DNA of 64,000 nucleotides, taken from assembly GCF_006345805.1 (NCBI RefSeq), contig NC_042999.1, forward strand, positions 89,342,001 to 89,406,000. Reading direction: 5' to 3'. Under the pieces are notes generated by a model that saw only the letters and a program-made list of their open reading frames with translations, had not been told where the DNA came from and did no database searches. Shown in pieces: positions 27,460 through 39,800 of the stretch. Numbering within the stretch: the stretch's first letter is position 1; the number at the start of each line of letters is the position of its first letter. This DNA comes from Octopus sinensis (Eukaryota). The translations under genes and the position numbers were made by a program.

Positions 27460-27700
27460 GGATGTAAACACACCAGCATCGGTTGTCAAACGATGTGGGG
27501 GGGGGAGACAAACACAGACACACAAAATTATACTCATATATACATATACGACGGGCTTCTTTCAGTTTAGGTCTACCAAATCCAATCACAAGGCTTTGGT
27601 CGGCCCCAGGTTATAGTAAAAGACACTTGCTCAAGATGCCCCGTGGTTGGACTAAACCCAGGACCATGTGGCTGGTAAGCAAGCTATTTACCACACAGCC
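27460..27700 (-). mobile_element. SINE group B, partial
   Basis: Reverse-complement similarity to the other group B copies. Confidence 0.8.
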
Positions 27701-28129
27701 ATTTTATATATGTGTGTGCGTGTATGCGTGCGCGCGTGTGTGTCCATGTGTGTGCGTGCATGTGCAAATATACATGTAATGCATACTTGCATCGACTTAA
27801 AACTGGCCATAAATTTGTGTGCTGAGCAAAAAATACTTCGTGAAATTGATTCGGTCTTGTCACACACCAGCAACAGAGGTTCGGTACTCGTTATAAATAT
27901 TCGTTCGTTAAATTTAACAATTACTTTTTTTTTGTAGACTTTAACTAAATCTCCATATTTGTGCATAAAGTATGTAACAAGTATGTACGCGTGTGTGAGT
28001 GTATTTACACGCGCGCATGCGTGTAAGTGTGAATGTGTGTGTGTCTGTGTGACATATATGTACATCCCTATTATTTTGCGATTGATTTGCGTACTTCATC
28101 TGTATACTGGCTAGCCACAAATTTCTTCA

Positions 28130-28198
28130 CAGTTATCCGGCCATCGGAAAAATACTATGAAAAATGACTATAGTATTTTTCCGATGGCCGGATAACTG
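28130..28198. repeat. Perfect 29-bp inverted repeat with an 11-nt spacer
   Basis: cagttatccggccatcggaaaaatactat (28130-28158), spacer gaaaaatgact, then atagtatttttccgatggccggataactg (28170-28198). Confidence 0.97.
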
Positions 28199-28286
28199 AA
28201 GAGATGACGACGTGGATTTCCACTTCGGCATCCGAAACTTGAAGTTTTATCATGGCTACCGAATAATTGTCACATATTACATTTAC

Positions 28287-28323
<37 letters not shown>

Positions 28324-28324
28324 G

Positions 28325-28480
28325 CTTGTGTGGTAAGTAGCTTGCTTACTAACCACATGGCTCTGCGTTCAGTCCCACCGCGTGGCATCTTGAGCAAGTG
28401 TCTTTTACTATAACCTCGAGTCGACCAAAGCCTTGTGAGTGGATTTCGTAGACGGAAACTGAAAGAAGCCCGTCATATAC

Positions 28481-28524
<44 letters not shown>

Positions 28525-28715
28525 GAGTATATGTTTGTGTGTTTGTCCCTCCAACATCGTTTGACAACCGATGCTGGTGTGTTTACATCCTCATAACTTA
28601 CCGGTTCGGCAAAACAGGCCGATAGAATAAGTACTAGGCTTACAAATAATAAGTCCTGTGGTGCTCCAGCGTGGCTGCAATCAAATGACTGAAACAAGTA
28701 AGAGAATAAAGAAAA
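28325..28715 (+). mobile_element. SINE group B
   Basis: Co-linear with 8308-8730 and 45280-45712. Confidence 0.87.
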
Positions 28716-28772
28716 GAATATATATATGCTCACATCCACACACCCTCTCCAACATCTTCACCACACGCACCA

Positions 28773-28957
28773 GTTTCTTTATTACCCACAAGGGGCTAAA
28801 CGTAGAGGGGACAAACAAGGACAGACAAACGGATTAAGTCGATTACATCGACACTAGTGCGTAACTGGTACTTAATTTATAGACCCCAAAAGAATGAAAG
28901 ACAAAGTCGACCTCGGCGGAATTTGAACTCAGAACGTAACGGCAGATGAAATACCGC
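28773..28957 (-). mobile_element. SINE group A, headless core-plus-tail unit
   Basis: Similarity stops next to the ggtatttc site used as the dimer junction elsewhere. Confidence 0.85.
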
Positions 28958-31900
28958 ATACACACCACACCCCATTATGCACACTCCCACACACACTCAT
29001 GTGCATATGCATCCACACACACTAGCACCCAATATCTGCCAACGCCCGTGATCTCTATCACACCACCCCTGAACCCTATCCCACCCCTCCTCACCCCTAT
29101 CCTATCTCCCAACCCTTATCTCTCACCACCCCTAGCCCACCTTACACTTCTATGCATTCCCCGCAGCACACATTATTCATTCCAAATACACACACAAGGC
29201 ACAACACGCCTGAACTCAGACATTATACATACAACATGCATAAACACATACAATTTTTGCACAGAAACATAGACAATACACATGTACACTATAGGGTCAC
29301 ACGCACACATTTACACACATGCACACACACAAGCTGAACAAGCACACACCAACTACGATACACAAGCGTTTACACACGGACACACACATGCACACACGCA
29401 CGCACACACATATATACACGTCCATGTGCACACACACACGATAGCCGCACACATATACATACGTCCATATGCACACACACAACTACACGAAACGCACATC
29501 ACTTCATACAACGCACACACTAGGTTACCTGTGCACACACAACACATTCCCATAGACACACACACACAGGCCCATGCATTTGTACACACACATGATAACC
29601 TCATAACCTGAAGAAATGTCCGATGGCTCATGAGTGAACTCAAAAATTTTAAGTCAAGACAATCAGCGTAGTACTCGCTCAAGGTGCTTTTAAGAGTAGT
29701 TCTATACTACTATGAGAGGCTTGTAGAGATATATTGTCTCCTCTCATTCATTTCGACGTCTTCTTGGTGAGAACCACGATGAATGCTCTCGAAGATGGTG
29801 TGGTCAAAATTAGCATCTGAGTGGAAACATTGCAAGCATCAGTTTTGTTGACGACCTTGGATAGACTGGCAGAAAGTGAGAGAGAGAGTGAACTGCTTTT
29901 CTTCGTCAGCTGCTTTGATAGAGCCTCCGTCGAGTTTTGCATGGAAATAATTGTTTTAAAAAATCACAAGAAATGCAAGCGGTGTCGACACATGGAACAT
30001 CTCTGTCCAAATATTAGAAACACGGACAGAAACGAGAGATAGTACAAAATTCAATTTTAAAGGGAATAGTGGAATTAACCAATAGAAGGCCAAAACCAAA
30101 AATTCTTGCAAGAACTGAACGTACAGTGAGTGCTTTAAAAAAACTCGAGCCAACATGGAGAGCTAGAACAAGATCATATTCTTGTGTTACCCTCTATTTT
30201 TCTATATGTATACGAAGTATTTACTTTCATAGTAGAGTCACGTAAATAAGAAGTTACAGCAATATGTTAGGCATCTCGAAAATTAACTACATCACATGAT
30301 CTGCAAACCCATCTGGCACCGCATTAGCTCTCATGAAAAACCTTTCCACAAATTTTCAAAGAACTGTGAAAGGGTCAAGTATAAGGGACAGACAGAGGGG
30401 AAAAAAATGGACAGATAGTATAGAGGAATGGACAGGAAAATTATTATTGGAGACTCGAACTCTGATACGCAATCACGATATATAGGAAAGACTGGTACAC
30501 AGCATGGGGCAATGGTGTCCTTACGATTCCGTCAGGAGTTAAGGGCTCAAGCACCAAGCAAGCAAATAAGCGAAAAACCACCGAGCATATTTTGTATGAA
30601 AGTATTAAAGCAACGCGGCTTTTGAAGATCCAAATAACTATTAATTCAACACCAGGAAAAACTTTCTCGTGTATTTACAGACGTCAGACTTTTATCACCA
30701 GCTGAAATAATTGCGATGAGATCACTAAGAAAATAAAATATGTTATTTATTATTTAATACACGTCTAACAAGTGCCCCGCCTCCAAATATCTTGCTGAAC
30801 CAATTTCGACAAACTTTGGTATATCATCTTTCAGCTGCTACTCACTTCACATGATACTGTCACAGCACCACCCAGAATATATCCACATCCATCTTCCACT
30901 TACTCTATTTGACGTTCCACCCTATCAGCTTTTAAAAAATATTCTACTCTTGATATTGCTGAAATTTTAGCTTCTAATATTGTGGCTTATTCCCACCAAT
31001 CTATTCGATACTCCACTCTTCCTTTTATTGCTGTTTTGACGTATAAGTTAAAGCTGGTTAATACCTTATATCCAAAGAAGGATGTCACTTCAACTATACA
31101 ACCCCCCGAGAAGATGGAAATGATTATTAATAAACACTTGTTGAAGCACTGAATTATTGCTCTCTTCCTTATACAGCAAGATGAATTCGGAAAATCATGA
31201 TATGTACGTGATGGTTTCCCTTAGAAGTTTTTAAATTTCTATTATGATTTCTGAATCATTATTGACACTTTGCTTAGACAAAAGTTCCAATTTTGTGAGC
31301 GGAAACACAGGAATTTCATTCTTTCACCAGTATATTATTTTAGTGTATTTACTTTATCAGCTTACAAGAGGAAATTAAAAATCAGCTTTTGAATAATTTT
31401 TATTCTCAAAGCGAGGAAAGACAAATGCCTAACTGTGTTGGTCAACCTATTTTCGTTCATGTCCTCAGTATTCGTATAGTGTTACTAGAATGCCTTCGGA
31501 GTAAAATACATGCTCATTTTACTCCGACTAAAATATTTAAAAAAGGAAATTGTTAGTCTGAAACCATACTACAACACAGTTCTCTCGTGAAATATTTGCA
31601 GTTTCCAATACCTTTTACGTATCGCAATTCTCTTTAACTCATTACGTTCGCAATACTTCCCCCATTTTAGTAAATACATCGAGAAAAATTGGTTTCAAAT
31701 CCATTCGAAACGTACATTAGCATGGAACAATTTTTTTACTTTCGCTATAATGCATTTTAGACGTGTGAAAAGATAATTGGAGATTTAACACTATGATAAA
31801 CTCACAGATACCATCAGCGATAATTGCTATTACTTTCATTGTTAATATTTATAAGACATTATTTGGCAATTATCATCATTTAAAGTGAGCAGGTATCAAA

Positions 31901-32086
31901 TCAGGAAGTCTAGTTGTAAACAGTATAAGAAGCTAGTATAAATATATAAAATAACGAGAGGAATGCAAGGTCGTTCACTTTTTTTTATCTTATTACGTGT
32001 GCGTGTCCATATATATTTATGTATATATATATACCGAAATTTAATCCAGTCTCCATGACCATACGATTGAGTATGTTAATTTTAGT

Positions 32087-32940
32087 TTCAAATTTTGGCA
32101 CAAGGCCAGCAGTTTTAGAAGAGGAGGCTAGTTGATTTCCTTGACTCCAAAACTCAACTGGTATTTATTCTATTGACCCCGGAAGGATAAAATGTGCAAT
32201 TAGTTTCTGTTGAATTTAAACTCAGAACGTAAGGAACTGTTTAAGCATTTGGTCCGGCGTTGTAATGATTTTGCCAGCTCTCCGCCTTGAGTATGGCAAT
32301 ATTCTTTTCCTCTCTACTATAGGCACCAGGCCTGAAATTTTGGGTGGAGGGGATAAGTCGATTATATCGACCCCAGTGCTCAACTTCATTAAATCCGAAA
32401 AGATGAAAGACAAGGTCCACCTCGGTGGAATTTGAACTCAGAACGTAATGGCGGTCAGAATACTGCTAAACATTTTAGCCGGTGCGGTAATGAATCTGCC
32501 CGCTGGCCACCTTGAATACGCTAATGTTACTAAATACTAAGGCGGCGAGCTGGCAGAAACGTTAGCACACCGGGCGAAATGCTTAGCAGTATTTCATCTG
32601 CGTTACGTTGTGAGTTCAAATTCCGCCAAGGTCGACTTTGCCTTTCATCCTTTCGGGGTCGATAAATTAAGTACCAGTTACGCCTTGGGGTCGATGTAAT
32701 CGACTTAATACCTATGTCTGTCCTTGTTTGTCCCCTCTGTGTTTAGCCCCTTGTGGGTAATAAAGAAATAGGTATTTCGTCTGTCTTTCGTTCTGAGTTC
32801 AAATTCCGCCGAGGTTGACTTTGCCTTTCATACTTTAGAGGTCGATAAATTAAGTACCAGTTACTCACTGGGGTCGATCTAATCGACTGACCACCTTCCC
32901 TCAAAATTTCGAGCCTTGTACCTAGAGTGGAAACGAATAT
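32087..32940. mobile_element. Group A SINE cluster (32087-32289 minus, 32303-32513 minus, 32539-32940 plus dimer)
   Basis: Repeated head, B-box and core motifs in both orientations. Confidence 0.87.
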
Positions 32941-33634
32941 TACTAAATATTAACACCCATGAGATATCAACGGTTTATCGAGCTGGTATCCAGTTGTGTT
33001 GGTCTGAATTATCCAAAAGACAAAAACTAGTGTGCACTTGGGTACACAGGCAAGGCTGAGGGATTAAAAATTCACTTCGCAATCATCAGGTACAGGGTTC
33101 GGTCCCACTGCCCTGTCCTTGTGGGTGAAACTCGATAGACGGAAACTGTGTCGAAGCTCGTCAGATAGGTTGTATCCGTAGTTTAATGGTCCCATTTAGT
33201 CACATATTGTATTATATTAATTCTACCCGAGAATTTTATTTGGAGTGTACATTACTGTAGATTACTCCACCGCCTATTCGTAAATATAACATGTTAATAT
33301 TTTACTTGATCGAGCAAGTGGAAGTAATCGCCGACAATGACGGAGGACCAATTAAATTAGTGTATCTTTTCGCTGATTTCTCAAAGGTCGTGGGAGTAAT
33401 TTGTTCCCATCAATGCAAGTAAATGCAATAGTTGTCAGCAATGCTTTTCGAGAGTATATGTATTTTCAGCTCGATAGACTGAATCCGTAGGAGTTTTAAA
33501 CATTTACCAATAAACATAGTTTAATGTTGATGAGAGAACGTGAATTATCGACACTTTAGTAGTGCCCTTACCACACGGCTACCAGCAACTCTCTACATGA
33601 AATATTTTACAGTTCAGACTAAAAATAAAATGCT

Positions 33635-33833
33635 CCCCTTTTAAAGCCTAGCCAGGCTCATGGGCCCGGTTTCCTGGTTTCTATGGCGTATGTGTTCCCC
33701 AGCTGGAACTGGAGCAATGTGAAATGAAGTGTTTTGCTCAAGAACACAACGCGTCGCCCGGTCCAGGAACCGAAACCACAATCTTACGATCATGATGCTG
33801 ACACCCTAACCACTAAGCAACGCGCCTCCACAC
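33635..33833 (-). mobile_element. SINE group C, internally deleted
   Basis: The minus strand reads tggaggcgcgttgcttagtggttaggg...ggtttcggttcctggaccgggcgac. Head resembles 41513 and tail resembles 26300-26355. Confidence 0.85.
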
Positions 33834-34767
33834 AGTTCGGTCTATACTAATTTAAATATTTCTTTTGTGAATCGTAATGGATTAATTAACCTTAGAGCCT
33901 AGAAAACATTTGTCATAGTAGCAATAAAAACACTGTGGTCGTACATAAGTATACCTTCAGTAACACACACGAAGAAGGAAGTGGCGGAGAGACAACCTTC
34001 AGTTCTCAATATTTTTTACCCAACAGGTGGACAGTGGCGAACAGAAAATAAAAGTTGCTTCATACAAACGTGTGTGTATGTGTGTGAAAGTGCGTTTAGC
34101 TATGTATATATTTTTGAGTTACATAGTTTCTATATTTCTGTGTGTGAGGAGTGCATCAGCTGCCTAAGTTAATGTTATCTTTGTATATTCTATTGAAGAT
34201 TTTATCTCGTTAGTCTGGAGACGAATTTATTTACGCTAACCCAAAACTCTTTTATTAGCTGTTTCGTTTAGAAAGCTAAATCAGTCGTGATTTGAACTTA
34301 CATAGATCTTCCCTAAACGACTTCCAGTAGTAAATATGCACCACCAGAAAAGCGGTAAGTCAGATAAGCACTCTATTTATCACTAGTTATAGCAGCTCGT
34401 TTTCAACATTAACACGCAGTATGTTTACAATTATTAATACATCAGATTGTTATTATTAGCTTTGTGTGCTATCAGGTGCTCAAACAGGCGACCAGCTGAC
34501 GCCATAAGGCTGATCTCCACACTTCCCCTATTCTTCAACTTATTCCGGCTTCAGCAGTCTTCGTTCGCTTGCAGATCAAATGAATTTCTGAAAGCACTTT
34601 TGGATTCTTACTTTTGGCAACCATTCATGGGACAATGTTTTAATCTCTTTCCAGACCCTAGACAAACCGTCATCAGTTTGGACAGGTTAAATCGTAAGAA
34701 ATGGACACTTGGGGATTATAAACATATATGAAATTAATGGAAAACAGAAACACACACAAACATATCG

Positions 34768-34829
<62 letters not shown>

Positions 34830-35396
34830 CATATATATGTGTGTGTTTATACATTAGATAGATAGATGTAGATATAGATATAGATATATATAAATATATA
34901 CACACACACACATCGCATTTATATTTATAAGCACATATGGACACCCGTAATATGACTTTGTGTGTATGTATATATTTATATTCATATATTGAAGTGTAGA
35001 CACACACACATACATACGACATACACCCACAAAAAATATATATTTATATTTCTATATTCAAAGTGCCTCATACTTAGTGATACTGAAAGTGACATGTATC
35101 AACAAATGAAGTTAAGGATCTGATGAATACAATAGGTGTGTGGAAATAGAGAGAAGGAAATAGAGATGGAGAGAGGGTGGGGGAGAGAGAGAGACAAACA
35201 GGGGCAGAGATAGGGTGGTAGATGGATGGAGACGTACATACATATACACACGACAAATGCACATGTATATATATTCATATACATATATATATATATGAAT
35301 ATATATATATATATGAATATATATATATATGATATATATATATATATATATATATATTCATATATATATATGTTCATATATATATTCATATATATG

Positions 35397-35432
<36 letters not shown>

Positions 35433-35529
35433 CATACATATATATGCATGCATATGTACATATATACGTATATACATACATACATACATACATACACACA
35501 CACCTTCATGTGTGTAAATACGTATGTCA

Positions 35530-36756
35530 TTATTCAGTTTATAGCTAATAGAGAAAGAACCGGTTTCTAACCTAGATCCAAGGCTTCTTCCTTGGAATTT
35601 CAACATCAACAACAGGGTATGTATGTATGTATGTATGCATGCATGTATGTATGTATGTATGTATGTATGTATGTATGTATGTATGTATGTATGTATGCAT
35701 GTGCAGATTTGTGTGTTTTATGTATGTATTCTCAAGCATATTCTTGCATATCTAGGCAGGCTCATATATATTTAAATGATAAACTTCTTTTTTTACAGTT
35801 CCAGTGATGGACTGGATCTGTAGTCTTCGAATTAGCTTTCTCCTTTCAGGTTTTCAGAAGCCTAATTTCTCAAGATTGGTATTTAGGCAGTGTGTCCATA
35901 TCTTAGGGTCCCAATAATTATATGTAAAACCTGAACTTGTAATCCGGATAAAGTTACTGCAGATTTCTCAATAGTTCAGCACAGGTAATCCCTTTTTCAC
36001 TGATCTTTACGTTTATAGCCACTGGGCAACTAATTTCCACAACTGTGCACAGTTTCTCTTCTCTATCCCAAATCCTTATATCAGGTCTGTTGTGCTTACA
36101 TTTTATTGAGGTTTTCATTGGTACATTCCACCAGTATTATGAGTGGCTAGGGATTCTACCATATTGTGGGTTCTTATTTTTTTTGTCCTCGGGATTATCC
36201 TTCCAAGGGATTTCATTACAGTGTGTCCTAGCTACAACGTCATGTCTCATCGATAAATATACCGTGATGACATTTTCGGACAACTGTTTATGATGTGGGT
36301 GACATCTTCAGTGTGAACTCCACAAAGTCTGTATTGGTTGTCACATTTTACGGCTTTTCCCGCATCTCTATCCCTTTTGTCCATCAGGTACTTGGTTGAT
36401 ATTTCCTGTTCCTGGATTGCAAACACATACCCTTCAAAGTGGGCGGTAGTAATCCGGCTTTTGGTCCATAACAAACTGCTTTGATGATCGATGTTACTAT
36501 TATCACGGAGCTTTCTACTAACATATCCATGCATAGTCTTCTGCTTATACCGGCTCATCCTTTCATCTGATGATACGTTGCGGTTGAGTCATGCAACGTC
36601 TTTGGACATCTATTTTTGATTATCAGACAAAGAGTGTTGCTCAAGGAGCTGCCTTCCAAATCTTATGATGTTATCAGTCTCATGTAAACAAACTTGGTTA
36701 AGGGATGCACTTCGACACTTGCTGGTTAAACGATGTTGCCGAAGGGATATGATGCA

Positions 36757-36757
<1 letters not shown>
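35530..36757 (-). mobile_element. 5'-truncated R4/Dong-like non-LTR retrotransposon remnant (REL endonuclease region)
   Basis: Translated pieces include KTMHG, AIQEQEISTKY, YRLCGVHTEDVTHIINSCPK, RHDVVA, then WWNVPMKTSIKCKHNRPDIRIWDREEKLCTVVEISCP (PD..E motif). Associated with (TATG)n arrays. Confidence 0.85.
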
Positions 36758-36787
<30 letters not shown>

Positions 36788-36874
36788 TGTATGTATGTTG
36801 TATGTATGTATGTATGTATGTGTGTGTGTATGTATGTATGTATGTATGTATGTATGTATGTATGTATGTATACA

Positions 36875-39800
36875 TGTCAGGTCTCCGCTTGGAGCTACTG
36901 GTAACATGTAACCCAGTACAACCTGTTACATGGTCGGGTCGTTGGCGACTAAACTGGCAACGCCACCAAGATTTCTTGGTGAGGAGGGTGATTTGGACAC
37001 CCAGCAGGACTAAAAACAAAACCTGTCAAAGGGCAGAGGAACTCTCTCATGAGTCAATGGCCATCCAAAATCCGGAGTGGAGTCCCTAAGGCGGTTGGAT
37101 TGCGCCATGCGTGCCACCTTCCGGCAGCTCCTGCATCCTGGTCTCCCCCCAGCCGTCTTGACTTTGTCTTGCCACTGGATTCGGCGCACCAGGACGAGAG
37201 AGTGATGCTGATCCTGCGCAAGTCACCCTCACTATAATCCAAGTCACGCGCATGTCATGACATCATGACACCATCACAAAGTCCTGTGGCGATGGGGAAA
37301 CGGCGAAGTAGCAGGTGAGGATACACTGGGAGCTGCAGTCGTGAACCCACACACAGGCGGCTCAGGACATGTGGTCGCCCCTCACTGAACTGAGGCAGCA
37401 GTGGAGTCCGGCAGCCTCCTGAGTGACCGAGCAGCCCTCTTCAGGATCGCTCTGCTCGCCTCCCCAGCATGAGGACGGGGCTAGAAAAGGTTGCCCTAAA
37501 CATAGCCTGCCTCACCTCACCCTGGTCAGCAAACCGCGGCTGGCGGGGATCCTTTCCAAGCGGTCGAAACAAAGAAAGAAAACAAACAAAGGTGCTCACT
37601 TTCGCAACTTAGACCGTGAGAACTCTGCTTGACAACACCAAAGCGGACAGACCAGAGAGACGAACTGCCCTGGTGGCCAGAGAACTGAGCCGATACAATG
37701 TCGATTGCGCAGCACTGAGCGGGACCCGCCTTGCGGACAAAGCCAGCTGACAGAGACAGGCGGCGGCTACACTTTCTTTTGGAGTGGTCGCAGCAGCGAA
37801 GAGCGTCGTGAGGCTGGTGTTGGTTTTGCCATCAAGTCAGTACACGTGCGGAAACTGGAAAGCTCCCCCGAGGGTATTAACGATCGGCTGATGAAGATGC
37901 AGCTCCCACTTGGAAACAAGACTAGTGCGACCATCATCAGCGCTTACGCCCCCACCATGACCAACCCTGAAGAAGTTAAGGACAGGTTCTATGAGGAACT
38001 CGACTCCCTCATCACGTCAGCCCAGCCTGGGAAGCTCATCCTCCTTGGGGATTTTAACGCCCGTGTCGGGACTGACCACCAAGCCTGGCATCGCGTACTG
38101 GGAAAGCAAGGAATCGGAAAGTGCAACAACAACGGGCAGCTCCTCCTGCGTGCGTGTGCCTCTCATGATCTTACCATCGCTAACACCTTGTTCTGTCTGC
38201 CAACACGCAACAAGACATCATGGATGCATCCACGCTCCAAACACTGGCATCTGATAGATTACGTCATCGTCAGGGCGAAAGACAGGCTGGTCAAAGCCAT
38301 GTGCGGAGCTGATTGCTGGACGGACCATCGCCTCATCATCTCCAGGATGGATTTCTACATCCGACCTAAGAGAAGACCACAGGGTCAGAAAGTGACGAGG
38401 AAGCTTAACATCACGAAATTAAAGAACCAGCTGACTGCACAAGATCTCCAGTCACGCATGGACAGCAAGCTGTTGGACATTCGGAATGACCAGTCCAGCA
38501 TCGATGAGCAGTGGGAATCATTCAGGAACACGGTTCATTCCATCGCCCTTGAAACTCTAGGCCAAGTTACGAGGAACCACCAGGACTGGTTCGACGAAAA
38601 CGACCAGGAAATCCAAAAGCTCCTGGAAGAGAAACGCCGTCTGCTGCGAGCTCACCAAAATGACACCACCTGCACGGCAAAGAAGGCTGCTTTCAACAAC
38701 ATTCGCAGCACAGTCCAGGCAAAACTCCGCCTCATGCAATACGCATGGTTAAGCGCCAAGGCGGATGAGATTCAGGGATACGCAGACAAACACGACACCA
38801 AGAAATTCTACGAGGCGCTGAAAGCTGTCTATGGACCGCAGTTCTCCTTTGGATCACCCCCCCCCCTGCTCAGCTCGGATGGAACCTCACTCCTGACTAA
38901 CAAGAAGCTGATCCTGGAGAGTTGGGCGGAGCATTTCAACATCGTGCTCAACCGACCAGCCCAGATCAAGGAGGAAGCCATCGCACGACTCCCCCAGGTG
39001 CCGACAAACCACGAGCTGGCTGTTCCCCCTGCAGTCGAGGAGGTGAGCAGAGCCATCAAAAATATGTCCACCGACAAAGCTCCAGGCTCTGACGCCATCC
39101 CTGCAGAGGTGTTCAAGTCGGGCGGCCCCACCATGATCAGTCAGCTCACCAGCCTGTCCAGTCGATGTGGGACAGGGAATAACTCCCTCAAGATTTCCGG
39201 GACGCAACAATCGTCCACATTTATAAGCCGAAAGGAAATCGGCAGTCCTGCGACAACCACCGAGGAATCTCCCTCTTGTCCATAGCAGGCAAGATCCTGG
39301 CCCGAGTCCTGCTTGACCGCCTTCTGGAACACTTGGAGCAAGGCCTTCTCCCTGAGAGCCAGTGTGGCTTCCGCGCGGGTCGAGGGACCACTGACATGAT
39401 ATTCGCCGCCCGCCAGCTCCAGGAGAAATGCATGGAGCAGCACCTTGACCTCTGCATGACCTTTGTTGACCTCACCAAGGCTTTCGATACAGTCAGTCGG
39501 GAGGGACTATGGAAGGTCATGGGAAAATTTGGTTGCCCCAGCAAATTTATTGCAATTGTCCGCCAGTTCCACGACGGAATGACAGCCAGAGTCCTTGAAG
39601 ACGGCAACTCATCTGAAGCCTTCCAGGTGACCAACGGAGTCAGGCAGGGCTGTGTCCTGACCCCAACACTGTTCAGCATCATGTTCTCGGCAATGCTGTC
39701 CGACGTCTTCAGGGACTGCAAGTCCGGTATCGACATCAAGTACAGGACAGACGGGAAACTTTTCAACTCCAGAAGATTGCAGGCCGTCACAAAGGTAAGG

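Noticed and set aside
37270-37315. Second HDV-like candidate (gggaaacggcgaag) in the RTE 5' UTR
   Set aside because: No compatible P2 or P3 pairing could be built.
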